Assembly (NCBI RefSeq): GCF_963921235.1
Contig: NC_086107.1
Coordinates: 102,550,001-102,614,000 of the forward strand
DNA from: Mobula hypostoma
Lineage: Eukaryota
Direction: 5' to 3'
Length of the DNA: 64,000 bases
The translations under genes and the position numbers were made by a program. Position 1 is the first letter of the stretch, and each line of letters opens with the position of its first letter. Shown here one piece after another: positions 23,973 through 38,200 of this stretch. A model generated the notes under the pieces. The model worked only from the letters and a program-made list of their open reading frames with translations. It was not told the DNA's origin and made no database searches.

Positions 23973-24939
23973 ACGTTTCATTCCCAGGATCATTCTTGTA
24001 AACCTCCTCTGGGCACCCTCCAAAGTCAGCATATCCTTTCTTAGATATGGAGCCAAAACTGCTCACAATAGTCCAAACACAATCTGATCAATGCTTTATA
24101 AAGCTTCAGCACTACCATCCTTGCTCTTATTATTCTAGAAACTACTAACATTGCATTTGCCTTTCTCACTACCGACTTAACCTGCAAGAAGCCTTTAGGG
24201 AATTCTGCACTAGGACTCCCAAAACCCTTGTCCTTCCATTTCTGATTTCACTCCTCATTTCGAAAATAGTCTATGCCTTTACATACTTCCCTACACTGCA
24301 TTTTATCTACCACTTCTTTGCCCACTTTCCTGATACGTCCAAATCTTTCTGATCCTCCACCTATCTTTGTATCATCTGCAGCTTGGCCGTAAAGCCATCA
24401 ATCAGATCATTAACATAGGATATGACAAGTAGTGAACCTAACACCGCCCCTGCAGAAGACCATTAGACATCAGTAGCCAGCCAGAAAATGCTCCCTTTTT
24501 TCCCCATTCTTTACCTCCTGCAGTCAGCCAATCTTTTATTCATGCCAGGCCAGTATCTTGGGCTCTTAACGCATATGCAGCACCTTGTCAAAGGCCTCCT
24601 GAAAATCCAAATAAACAACATCCACTGACTCTCCTTTTGTCTATCCTGCCTGCTATTTCCTCAAAGAATTCCAACAGATTTGTCAGGCAAGAATTCCCCT
24701 TAAGGAAAGCATACTGACTTCAGTCTATTTCATCATGTGCCACCAAGTACCCCAAAACCTTATCCTTAATAATGGATTCCAACAACTTACCAAACATTAA
24801 AGTCAGACCATCTGGCCTATAAGTTCATGTATTTTGTCTTATTAATTTCCAGTCCTCTGGAACCAATCCAGCATCTATTGGCTCTTGAAAGATAACAAAT
24901 AATGCCTGCAGAACCTCTTCAGCACCCTAGAGTGCAGTC

Positions 24940-25405
24940 AATAGCACCTATCTACCCTCATTGGTCCATGGCCTACTGCAATGATACTCTCAGGTTGGAA
25001 AAACACCTCATATTCTGTCTGGGTAGCTCCAATGTTGATTTCTCTAACTTCTAGTAATTTTTTCCCCCTCTCCTTCCATTCCCCACACCGATACCCTGTT
25101 TAACTTCCCTCTTCTCATCTCCCCATGGTGTCCCTTCTCCTATGGTCCACTCTCTGTCAGATTCCTTCTTCAGCCATTTACCTTTTCCAGCTACATTACA
25201 ACCTCCCAGCTGCTCACTTCATCCCTCCTCTCTCACACACCTGGCTTCACCTATCATCTTCTAGCTTGTACTCCCTGCCCCCCCCCAAACTTCTTATTCT
25301 GACTGCTTCCTTTCCAGCCCTGAAGGGTCTCAGCCTGAAACATCAACTGTTTATTACTTTCCACAGGTGCTATCTGTCCTGCTGAGTTCCTCCAGCACTG
25401 TGTGT
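24940..25405 (+). mobile_element. Penelope-like element 3' remnant (GIY-YIG C-terminus and terminal repeat)
   Basis: HLIFCLGS...DFSNF-like coding remnant, a pyrimidine-rich tract, then the degenerate hammerhead/terminal motif shared with 11389-11500. Confidence 0.7.
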
Positions 25406-27308
25406 GTGGGGGTCAACCACAAGCTGCTCTAATAAGCCATCTTGTAGGCATTCTACAAACTCCTCTCTTGGGATTAACACCAACCTAATTTTCCAAATCC
25501 ACCTGCATCTTGAAATCCCCCATGACCATCATAACATTGCTCTTTTCACAAGACTTTTGTAATCTGTACCCCGCATCCTGGCTACCATTTGGAGGCATGT
25601 ATACAAATTCCATTAGGTCTTTTTACCCTTACAGTTCTTAACTCTACTACAAGGATTCTAAATCTTCCTGATCCTATGTGATTCTAAGGATTTCATTTTT
25701 TTGAAATAACAAAATCACCTCAACCCCACTGCCCACCTTGCTGTCCTTTTGATATGTGTATCCTTAGATGTAGGTTTTCAGCTGCAATCTACATTCAATT
25801 ATGACTTAATTCAATTATACCCATAAAGTCATAGCTGCCAATTTCTAATTAAGCTACAAGATCATCTAGATTATTTAATATACCACGTGCATTGAAATAT
25901 AACATTTTCAGTGCTGTATTCTCCACCCTTTCAAATTTTTTCCTCCATGTTGCCTGAAGTTAAATTCTTACCCCTTTCTAACCCTTTTCATCTTACTTGT
26001 TTATTCTGGATCCCCGCAGTACGAAGAACTCCATTGATCAACATCTTCAATATATTCAGCGACTGACCACCTATGTTGCCCTTGAGCAGAGCATTGCAAA
26101 GATTCATTACCTTCTGGGTGAAGAAATCTTTTATATCTTCGACCCAAATGGGGCGAGCCCTTATTTTGGGATTATGACCCTAGTCCAAAAAGCTGCAGCT
26201 CAAGAAAATCATTCTTGTATCTACTTATCAACCCTGAAGAATCATGCACATTCTGATTTCTCATTCTTCTAACTTCTGGAGAATACAGTTCAATCTGTTT
26301 ACTCTTTCCCGATTACACAAACTCTCATTCTAGGCATGAAGCTGGTGAACACATCCTGCTCTCCCCATAATTTAACCAATCCTTGGGTAGAGAGACCAGA
26401 TGTGTACATAAAGTTCCAGTTATGTTTTTTTCTAAACCAGGGCTTTAACAATTTTTCTGCCATAATATGTGCCTTCCAAAGTGCATGTTATAACTGCAGA
26501 TTGATTTTCAGGCACTTGTGCAGAAATTCATACTTTTTAATTTCCCACCATTTTAAGTACCTTGTTTTTCTTTGTGCCTTCTCCAGTTCCTCTACCCATT
26601 AGCAGGATACACAGTAAAACTTGGATGATGTTTACACAGGAATTATCACAACCAAAGAAACACAGTGGATCCTTTGGCTGCCTTGGTACACACATTCTCA
26701 TTTGTAAGTGCACACAATGTTCAGACCCATTGCAGGCCAATCAGATGAAATGAAGGTATACTTGCATCAATGTAGCATCTTTATCAATGTCAGCATTTCA
26801 AAGCAATTCATACAAATGAATTCTTCCAAAGCAGTGAAGTAGCAGCCATTCTACATGAGTTACAACCCACAATAAACAATTACATGAATAGCCAGTTAAG
26901 CTGCTTTTGGCAGTATTCATTATGGGAATAGGCTTGGCTGAAAGAACATTAATTTCCTGCACTTCTCTTAGAGCTATGGGATCCATAGCATGCATCTGAA
27001 TAACTGACATTTCAGTTTAACAATCTTCTCTAAACACCACACCCCTGACGATCCACCACTCTCAGCATTGTATGTCAGCTGGTCTGCAAACTTCCTTTCA
27101 TTTTACCCAGAAAGTGTGCCAAATGCCCACAGAATAACGGGTAGAATACGACTGCCCTTTTATGCAGTGGGAAATAATGTATGGCATAACCAAGTTAGGG
27201 AAAGCGCAGCTGGAAAGTAACTCCCACAGCTGCAGAATTCGACCATACTGCAAAGTAATTCCCACCCCCCATTCTCCCTCACCCCCACTCACCCTCCCAA
27301 AAAATTAA

Positions 27309-27314
27309 TTTATT
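27309..27314 (-). promoter_or_regulatory. Candidate RANGAP1 polyadenylation signal (3' UTR about 1.85 kb)
   Basis: AATAAA on the minus strand followed by a G/T-rich tract. The stretch 27300-29150 is largely free of recognisable TEs. A proximal AATAAA lies at 28284-28289. Confidence 0.5.
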
Positions 27315-29150
27315 AAGACCTGAGAGTTTTTGCATTCTAAAATATCAAAGATCCATAAGGCCTGCAAGAGACAACTCTACTGCAGTTTACATTCTGATCT
27401 TTTAAATACCAGCATACAATGCCCTTTACATGCAGGCACAGTGCAGCCTGTACCATAAAGAGATTAACAGCATGATGAGCACTGTCATACTGTTTGGATG
27501 CTAAATTGTCCCAAATTCAGTATAAAAGCTACTACTACAATTTTGAATTGAGATCATTAGAATTTTCCGTATGTCACTTCAACCTTGTCCCACCAAGACC
27601 TATATACAAAGAGATAAAACATGACTGTTCAGTCTAGTGACACAGAAGACACCAGATAACATCTCAATATTTAACAATCTGGGAGAATACTCAAACAAAG
27701 CAGACTGATCAGGGATTTTAGCATCTGGACAACCAAAAAGGACAGAATGGAGCCATATCTTTATATTCACTCAAAATTTTCAGGTAGGATTCACACAACA
27801 TGAACCTGCTTTTCTTCAACGTCGGTGGTTATTAGGCAGCAGCCGGTTCAGTTCACAGTCACCTTTTGTGCCTTCATTTTGAAGACTAAAGCACCTCTTT
27901 CCAAAAGATGCATTGGGAATATATTGGACTAGTAGTTTTGTACTGTAACTCTCATTCTAACGGTTTCCTCTTCCCACTGTGCCAGCAGGTAATTCTTAAT
28001 TTAACAGTTCCAGAGGAGACAACAGAATCAATCCAGTTCTTCATTCTCACAAGATTAGATGACAAGCTCAGATGAGCTATTTAAAAGTTAGACACCATTA
28101 AAGACAATCACAATTCCGTTTTCAGTCTCTCAAGCATATATTCCAGTGGAAGCCAAAAGAAGATATAAAAAAAGTCAAGATCCAAACCCAAGCTAGTTTC
28201 TACTCAGTCTCTCCACATCATTATTTAATATAGCACAAACAAGAGAGATCCTCTGCTCTGTCCACCTGTATGCGAGTAGAAACTTTATTAACTAATCAGA
28301 GGGCTTTGATTTCCTATTCGAGGAGTGGTGGGGGGTTGGTGGTGGGAAGATGCAGGAGGTGATGGATAAAGAGAAAGTGAACAAAGGTGTAAACCCATTC
28401 ATTAAATTCTCCACAGGACACTTCATATTGGACTGAAGGGAGGGTGGTGGTACAGGAAGGACTGGGGAAGTAACCTACAGCAAGCAGCCTCTACCAAACA
28501 TTCATTTGAATGGGATACAAGTAACTTGCTTTGTTCTGTAAAATGTAGTTATATAATTCTGGAAGAATTTCACAAGTCCTTTCAAAACTGCCTACTTTAG
28601 TAGATGACTCTCAACTAATCTTTTTTAAATAAAATTGAGCCATCACTGATATAGTGTGCATCTTTCTTGCCAGATAAATGGATTCCCCTGCCTGTGATCT
28701 AATATACATAGTGGAATTTTTTTTTAAAGAAAGCACCAAGAGTCAGATAAAGGGCCACAATTCAGGTTACACCAAACAATTCTTGTTGAAAGCCATGGCA
28801 AATTAGCTGTTTTCTTCGCATCATCTCCTACCACCACAAACAGCAGAAGGAGACAAGATGAGCCACCAGTCACCAACATTTAATTCTAACTTTGCTTTCC
28901 TTTGCGGCTGACAAGAAAGCACTGGCCAGAGTCTGCAGCTGGTTACCAAGAACCCTTGACAACTTTGATTTAAATTTCCCATCCAGTCAGAAGCAAGGAT
29001 CCAGTCTGTAGCATGAAGATGAAGCATTTTGCACTGTGCTGCCGGAAGGCATTCTGCAGCCGCTAGGCTGTTCTCCTGGAATAGGGATATGCTCAAAAGT
29101 CCATGTCCTTAAATTGGTGCACTGAGTCCCACACAGCACACAGTCTGATA

Positions 29151-29220
29151 CTAAAGACTCTTCATGGCCTCCAACAATCCGCTATGGGCATTTCGACAGT
29201 TGTCAAAAGCACGATTTTTT
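29151..29220 (-). CDS. RANGAP1: RANGAP1 last coding exon
   Basis: [22 protein letters not shown], stop TAG; strong T-rich acceptor. Confidence 0.92.
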
Positions 29221-32200
29221 CTATTTAAAAAAAAAGAAAAATCAGAAAAAAGAGCAATCCAAAAAATTTCAGAAACATTCAATAGACCTGGAAGTGGGGA
29301 AACAAGGTTGACGACCTTTTTAATCACAATCATGACTGAATCAATGCACACTGATGTCTTGCTTAACACCCAGGATGTGTGGTCAGCAACAAGAGAACTA
29401 ACTAGTGGAAATAGGACAAGGGGATCATTACAGCAAACCCCTGTGCTGGGAAACTTGCCAGTCATCTTCTCAGTTGTCTTACAAGCTCATTTCACATCCA
29501 TCTGTGCACAAACCAGAGACTTTTATTGTTGCTGGAGTGCCAAGAGGGGAGAGGTTCCAAATCCTAAATCAAGCACAGGAGATTTTTTTGGAATCATATT
29601 AAGAGGTAAAAGATAAAGAGGTCAGATTGAGTATGGAATGGTTAATTGAACTGGATGTTGGAAGGCAGCCTTTCAGAAGAGATTGCAGTGATCACCCACA
29701 GATTTTAGCTTCCCCAGTAGAGGGGCCCATAGCAAGTGTCATGAATGTAGTATGTATTAGAGCCATACTGGTAGAAAGAACGTGATGCAGAAAGTCACTA
29801 AGCCCTGCAAGGTGTGACATCTTCAATAACCTAACAGACTAATTCAGATCTAGAGATTTCTTGCAAAACAAAAGACACAAATAATCTTCTTGAAACCAAA
29901 TTCCAGTGTGGTTCACTATTCATCTAACTACATTTGATAATACGACAAAATGAGATATGCAACTTAAGCATCACTGAAACAAAATAATAGGTGAAGCAGA
30001 GAAATTTTCACTTACTTAAGAAGAAATGCTCTCAGAATAGGGATAAAGGACCGTGGAAAGTAGTCCTTCTGAATGACTTGTTTGAGGACGGACAGAGGGC
30101 CAATTAGATTAGTGATTGCTTTAATCTTTTCCTCACTCTTGAAAGAAAACAAAAAATTAATTATAAAAGGCACAAGATTTAAAGAGACAATATCACAATA
30201 TACATGAGCAGTTTATTCTCCTGCCATGTCTACACTAAGCTAGTTGGACAGCTCATTCAGAAAGCTAAAATACCCTGCCCTTTCAGCTCTATAAATATTT
30301 TCCCTTTCAATATTCATCCACTTTCTTTCTGAAAGTTGTTATTGTATCTAGTTCAACCATTCTTTCAGCCAGTGCTTTTGAGTTATCTTGAAATTTAAAA
30401 ATGAGAATCTGTAATTCTTAGTGACACCCTATCAAATTCTGGTGTCACCATCTGTGCCTGTGGGTCACCAGTGGTTTTTATTTTACAATGAATCCACACT
30501 CGCCTGGAACAGCTCAGATTTTCCCAGTTAGTTAAAGCTATTTCTAAGTTATTATTTAATCATTATACAGTATTTGTCTTTCCACATTGTCCATTTCACC
30601 CCACAGCCCAATCTGCACCATCGATCTATATTTTAAAAGTCTTCCTCAGAACTGTTATTATAGTCTCAGACACCCGATGTGCTCAGCCATTCAAGCTGCT
30701 AGTAGCTGCAAGTTACAAAGTCTGGCAACTTTTCAGTAAGTGTGACGTTTGTATTTAGGAACTTCAGGAATTCAAAGGAAAATCAGTAGTACAAGCTTCA
30801 TTCTTTCCATTCCTGATGAGAATTGGATGTCATAGCTTCAATGTCATAATTGACTGCCACTACATTGCATTTATATCGATTCCTACCTTCAGAAGCCCCA
30901 TATACACCAAGAGGGTAGTAATGAAAGCATCTAACTGAAATCCAGGAGTCTTGAATGCTTTCTGCAACAGTTCATCTACATAGGGAAAACATTCACATTT
31001 TAAATCCATATTTTATTCCATTATTGTCAATTTCAGTGTTAAGTTACATGTCCTTTGCCTTTGTTAAAAGAGAGGAAGTACAAACTTCACTAATACTTAT
31101 TTTATTTTTAATAGAATGTGGACATCACCAGCGAGGTCAGCATTTTAATACCAATTCTTAATTACTCTGTAAATTTTCTTCACCTACCATAGTTTGCTGG
31201 TGACATATATATTCAGTGGCAACTTTATGAGGTACACGGTATACCTCCTCACTAATGCAAATACCTAATCAGCCAATCATCTGGCAGCAACTGAATGCAT
31301 ATACACCAAGTATGCAGACCAAACATCAGGTTGGGAGAAGAACTGTGATCCAAATGACTTTGACAGTAGAATAATTGTAGGTGCCAGACAAGGTGATACC
31401 CAATAAAGTGGCCACTGGGAGTACGCTAGCCAATGGACATAGACTATTTTACATGGAAATAGGATTTTAAACAAAACTCCTAACCATGTTAGCTTATATT
31501 TTTGCACTTAGAGGTTATTGTTAGTTATGTAATTTAAAGCACTGGTTTGATTCTTTATATGCATGTTCAATATAGCATTAGTTTTTCTGTTAAACCCCTG
31601 CATTCAGATGTCAGCTATTTATGAAGAATTGTTGTAAACTGGAAAAGCAATTTCACGCAATAAGCTCTCAAACAGCAAAGCAATACTAGCTAGATATTTG
31701 ACAGTTACTGAAATTATTGACAAATACACGAGACAACCATCCACCTCTTAAAATGTTGTGGGATTTTATACATTTTTGAGGGCAGTCCAAACCATGATTT
31801 AATATCTCATCCAAAAGTTAGTATAAATAACAGTAAATCACACTCAGTATCGCGTTGGAGTGACAGCTCAAAATTGTGATGCATGCCTGATTGAGGATGA
31901 AGTTGCAAACTGATGATTTGAGACAACAGTATTGTCATATCTGCACCAGACCCCAGAAATGTACAAACTACAACCAAAACTACAGCTGCTTTTTATGTTA
32001 GAATTATTCACAGTTGTACCTGCTATGTACAGGGAACATCGATTGATTACTGAATTTGGTCAGTTTGATTCAGTTTCAACTGCTGATTGCTCAAACCTTC
32101 ACAGCACTGAAAACAGGTCAAATTGGAATTCCATGTTTTACCATAACAAATCCAAAGCATATCTGCAGTTTCAACAGGACTCAGACTGAAGATGGACTAT

Positions 32201-35200
32201 TCTTCTGCAGTGCTGTTAGAGAATGGTACATTCCCAATTCAAATTTAGACCATATAAGATTCAAGATGTCTATACACCAAGGCAATTTAGGGTAAACAAA
32301 TGAGCGTTTTACCGGCAGTGTCCAGTACAGCTGTTTTTGTTTCCCTGTCCTCCTTGTAAACTTCAGCTACCTTCAGAAATGTTTGGACAACTTTTTCAGC
32401 ATTTGATAGATCGGTCTGAGGATAACAAGCAAAGGAAAATTAATTTATGACAGTCATCTTTTCTATTCACTTATTTTCCTGCCTATTCCTAGACACAGAT
32501 CTATTGTATGCTTCACTGTGGCTTAACAATCACTGGCCCAGTTGAGGTAGAAAGTAAGTATCACCATTCACTAACTTAATTCTCAGATCACGCTGTGTTA
32601 TAATTTTAATTAGAACAACAAACCTGAAGGAATTTTACCACTTTGCCAGCCCAGAAGATACCAAGTCTTTTACACTAATCAGATTAAGTCACAGGACAAA
32701 ATGAAACAAACATTGATTCGTACTAGATTGGGAATGATATACTTTATACAATCAGTTTCAGAACATTATAATTTTCCTGCCAGTCAAAACTGAAAATGTG
32801 AAATTAAGTCTTATAAATGCAACAGAAACTGAAAAGAAGCATAGAGCTGTGCATTAATTACTCATAAAATAAGGTCTGATCATCTAAGTCACAATAATAG
32901 ACAACACAATCTACCTAAACTAATAACACATGAACAACTGTACTTTTCATGTCATTACTGAACACATTGCTTAATCATTCACAGTCTAGGATGGAAAGAG
33001 TATGTAAGCCCTTGTATTTAATAACCGGTAGAACCTCCTTTAGGAGTAATAACTTCCACCAAACCTTTCCTGCAACTGCTGACCAGACTTGCACAACAGC
33101 GAGGAAGAATTTTAGACCATGCCTCCAAACAAAACTGCTTCAGTTCATCAATATTTCTGGGATACCTTGCATGAACAGCCCTCTTCAGGTGATGCCACAG
33201 CACTTAATTTGCATTAAGGTCTTGACTCTGATTTGGCCATTCCAAAACACAAGTTTTCTTAATTTTAAACCATTCAGTAGTTGACTTACTCTTGTCTTTC
33301 GGATCATTGTCTTGTTGCATCATCCAACTTCTATTAAGCTTCAGGTGATAAGACTGCTACCCTGACACTCTCCTGTAAAAAGGCTTGATACAAATTTGAA
33401 TTCATTGTTCCCCCAACGATTACAAGCTTCACCATGCTTCACAGTTGGGATGAGGTTTTGGTGTTAGAGTGCATTGCCCTTTTTTTTTAACCTCCAAACA
33501 TAGTGGTGTTGCATTTCTGCCAAAAAGTTCAACTTTTGTCTCATCTATCCACAGAACACTGTCACAAAATTGTTATGGAACATCCAGCTGGTCTTTTGAA
33601 ACTTGAGACATGCAGTATTGTTTTCTTTGGAGAGCAGTGGACACATGAACAGAAACTTTCACAAGTTCTAGAGATTTCTGCAGGTCTTTTGCTGTTACCC
33701 TTGGTTTCTTTTTCACCTCCTTTAGCATTCCATGTTGTGCTCTTGGTGTGATCTTTGCAGGACGCCCACTCCTTGGGAAGAGTACTGAGTTTCCTCCATT
33801 TTGTAGACAATTTCTCTTACTGTTGACTGATAACACTCAGGTCTTTTAGAAATGCATTTTGTAGCCTTTTCCAGATTCATGCATCTGTACAATTCTTCTT
33901 CTAAGGTCCTCTGAAAGCTGTTTTGATCAAGGCATAGTGCACATAAACAGATCTTTCTTGAGAAGAGCAGGCTCTGTCAGTAACCTGACTTTGTGTGTCT
34001 TTTTTTAGCTTAGGTAGATTATGTTTGTCTATTAATTGTGACTTAGATTAAGATCAAACCACATTTTATGAGTAATTAATGCAGAAAACCAGTTAATTTC
34101 AAAGGATTCACAAACTTTTTCTTGTAAATGTATACAATATGGTACAATGAATCAAACTGTACAAACTCAGTGTTCATCTTGAAAAGCAGGCATCTAATCA
34201 CCCAACTGGCATAGACAATAATGCAGAATTAGTAGAATTAAAAGGTCCAGAATTTATCATTCAATTTGAACTATTAACTTGCTCGTCAGAAATGTTGCAA
34301 ATGCTCTCCGTACCCCAAACAAGGTTAAAGTACAATGGGGCAAGATTCCATCTTTTATCCCATAACACCTGACACAAAGTTTGAGGTACATTACCCAGAG
34401 CCCAATCTATTTCTTCTTCATTGTTAACCATCTGTTAACTTACTAATTAGTCTCATAAATGAAGAATGCCCATGTGAGTGACTGATGGCACCCATGAAAC
34501 CAGACCACTTAAGCAGTATGTTGAATGTGATAAATGTGGAAATCAGAAGAGAATAATGTAAAAGGAAATCCTCAATATTCTCACAGTACCTGTTGCAATA
34601 TCAAATGTGAACGCTTTGACCCCATATTAAGGAGTTTGTCTGGGGAAGGAGAGTTCAAGAAGACTGCGGCTTCTGATTCTGCAAATTTTCTCTAATAAAA
34701 TAAAAAATAATCAATGAAAAGCATGGAATAGAATCAGAAGGCATTGTGCTTCAAGAACCCAAGCTCCTTTTCCAACAACAGTACTAAAGAATAAGATAGA
34801 TGACTGAAGATCAAATGAGGTATGTTCATCTAGCCTTCCACTAACAGTAGCACAATCAAAACACCAATTTTAACTTATCCAACATCTACAAATCACAATT
34901 ACTGACCCACCTGGGTTCCTGGTCCTCCAATGTATCAATTTAAAATTCACATCACAAAGCTGAATTCCCTTTCGTAGTCTCTCCTCATCTTCGCCACCCA
35001 ACCTCCTACAACTGCTCCAACCACTAATTCTGCAACTAAATGCAGCCCTGGTCACATTGCTTCAAAACTCTGTGGCTCCAATTCTGGCTTTGCATCTTTC
35101 ACCCATTATAGCAGATATACCTTCAGCATCCAAGCACTGGAAGTGTCTCACTAAACTCTTCCAACTTCCACTTTCTCAAAGGCCATCCGTTAACTTTTCA

Positions 35201-38200
35201 GTTTTCGCCGTTATTCAGTAGGCTTAGCATCCACTCCAGTTATATTATACTTCAATAGTGAGGGCTAATGTCTATTGTGCTAAGGTGGTAACAAAGAATC
35301 ATACACAAAGACTAAAAAGAGACAAATGAAGCACCCAAGTTTCAAGAAACTTCATTAATTACTTAGTAGTATGCACGATTGCTGTAACAGAAAATTGGAT
35401 TTGCTGTTAGACCTGTGAATAATCATTCTATTCTGTGACCAGGAGTTAACCTGTTGCTTAATTAAGTCTTTCGGTATCCACCATTCAGTTATCAAAATGT
35501 AATATAGTTTTATCGGTACTCTTTATCGACAGAATGTAAAAGCTTTGACTGTTCTCCTGCTGCGCATCATTTTAAAAAATATATCAGTCATTATTTTGAA
35601 CATCAATTTTGTGAGGCCTTTCAGATTGTTCCTACACATTTCTGTAACGTTTTGTGTGTTTAAGGCACATGATACAAATTGCTGTGGAGGAGGGATGGGA
35701 AACTACCGACTTATTTTTTACAAATTAAGAGAGTTTGAGTTCATTCGTTTACCTTCAAGATGGTGAGTTCACACAACATTCTTTATGATTCTGTATGTTT
35801 TAATTTTTCCAAGCTGGCCAACAAGTGATATACAATAGAATATTTTCAAGGTCCAATTTGACTAAAGGTTTACAGACCAGGTATAGATGCAGGGTACAGC
35901 ATTTTCTAATCCAGCAACATTCCCCACTTCCAACCTCAAAAGTGTACCTTTTGAAGTACTAGAATTGTTATTATAATGTATATCAGAATGGGACTACCAC
36001 TTAGAACTGAAGTGGAAAGAGTTTTCAGAGGTACAACTAAAACAAAACAAAAAACAAATTAATTAAAAATCAGAGCGATGCATTGGTGACAAGTCTTTTG
36101 TTTTGTTACTTTGTAGATCTTGGTGAATGTCTGCTTTTCCTTTATACACCAAAATGTACACAGTAAAAGGATGTGGTGGCTTGGAATGGGTCTAGAGGAG
36201 GTTTATGATAATGATCCTGGGAATGAAAGGGTTAGCGTGTTTGAGGGCCCTGGACCTGCATTCGCAGGAATTTAGAAGAATGAGGAAGGATCTCATTGAA
36301 ACCTACTGAGCAATGAAAAGCCGAAACAGAGTGGATATGGAGAGGATGTTTTAGTGAGGGAGTCCAGGACCAGAAGGCATAGCCTCAGAACAGAAGGGCG
36401 CCCATTTAGAACAGGGATGAGAAAGAATTTCTTTAGCCTGACCTTGCTGGTGATGCATGCCGATCTTTGAAAGCAGCTCACAAACTTCTAAATATACTTC
36501 TTCTGAACTACTATCAGAATGCAATCTGCAGCCTGTCATTTCCTGTTAAGAAAAGTACTTTTGAACCGTTTAAATGAACTAGCAGTTTCACGATCTCCTG
36601 AAGGACTTGGTGATCTTGACCCTCAGGAATGTAGGTATGGCATTGTTAAGCCGACAAAGGTCAGTCATTTATTGTCAGAAGAGAGGACAGCGAAGGGGAC
36701 TTCTAGCCAGACTAAGCATTGGAGTGTGAAACATGCTCTACCCAGCATCTTGTTAGCAACTGTATAGTCAATGGAGAACAAGATAGAGGACCCAAAGGCA
36801 AGATTGCTATACTGAAGGGACATGAGGGATTGCTGTGTTCTCCATTTCACTGACAAGTAGCTCACGCAAGACATGGCAAACATAGCAGTCCAGACCAAGG
36901 GCTTCTCGATCCACCGGGTGGACTGAACTTCCAATTCAGAGAAGGCAAGAGGCGGGGGTCTGTGCTTTGTGATAAACTCCTCGTGGTGCTTGTGAATGAT
37001 TCAATAGGAACCAAAAATACATGCACTAATTAAAAACAGCTCTGATTTCTACAGACACCAGTCTTCTGTCACGGTCACAGAAATGCATATTGCTGGTAAT
37101 GTCTGAGACAATTCTGAAGAAACACTTGAAAAATGAAAGGCACAAATACACTCCCAACGATCTATACAATCATTTTACTACGAATTATTTGGTCTTCTAT
37201 TCACCAGAATCTGCAATATCAAATCATTGTATTTTAATTGAAATTACTATGAATAATGCCACTCTTTGCTTCATTATTTTATCCTTTTGATTGTATAAAA
37301 GTATAGCTCTAGGCATTTCTTCACTGCAATTTCAATGTTAAAATTAGAATGGGGAGGCGGGATGGAGTTGGCTTCTATTATTCAACTCCCACCGCCCCAC
37401 CCCCAGCTCTTTCTGCCATCATCCCTCAGCCCTGAGTCATCCGTCACTATGCAACCCATTTCAACTCCTCCCCACCTCCTTATAGCAGCTATCCTCTTTC
37501 CAGTCTCAATCCCGATTCAGACAGGTTCTTGACCTGAAATATCAAAACAACCTCCCTCACCCCCAATCCTATGGCCCATAGTGGTGTGAAATTATGTAAA
37601 TTCCTTGGTTTCTCAAAACCTTACCACAGATGGTTCGATCACTTGGTTTGTATCTGGTGATTCTTTCACTTGCACCTTCTCTTCTTCTGCTTCTTCTTCA
37701 TCATCTTTCTCCTCTTCATCATTATTTCTTAGTTCTTTCTCCTCTTCATCAACATTTCTTAGTTCTTCCTCCTCTTCATCAACATTTCTTAGTTCTTCCT
37801 CCTCTTCATCAACATTTCTTAGTTCTTCCTCCTCTTCATCAATATTTCCTGGTCCTTCCTCCTCCTCTTCTTCTTCTTCTTCTTCTTCCCCGTCACCTTC
37901 ATCATCACTTAAGCAAAAAAGCAAAAGAATGACAACTTAGCTCAGTACAAAATGTGCTTCTCACCTGTCCCAAGAAAGCAGGACTTGTATGTGGGGGGAA
38001 GATTAGGACAATTGGGCTTATGTTCACTACAATTTAGGAGGAGGAGCTTTAATGACGCAGAAAAGAAGTTCCCAATGGCAAGGAAGTTCAGAATCAATGG
38101 TTGCGGCCTCAGAATTAAGATGAGAAGAAATTTCTCCAGCTAAGACCATGGAACATAGAATTCTCTACCAGAAGAGAATGGAGGCCAAATCATTGAACAC

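Noticed and set aside
10300..27250. Additional host gene (e.g. CHADL or L3MBTL2 exons) between the two genes
   Set aside because: I found only TE-derived or featureless ORFs; very small exons cannot be excluded by eye.
29164..29616. 150-aa + strand ORF overlapping the RANGAP1 last exon
   Set aside because: No recognisable domain; crosses the antisense polypyrimidine tract; likely chance.
32949..33836. Functional Tc1 transposase
   Set aside because: Broken over several frames with deletions and stops; the same holds for 23295-23750.
37605..37940. Poly-Ser and His/Leu-repeat ORFs on the + strand; CRISPR-like periodicity
   Set aside because: Antisense shadows of the RANGAP1 acidic exon; the repeats are contiguous with no spacers.
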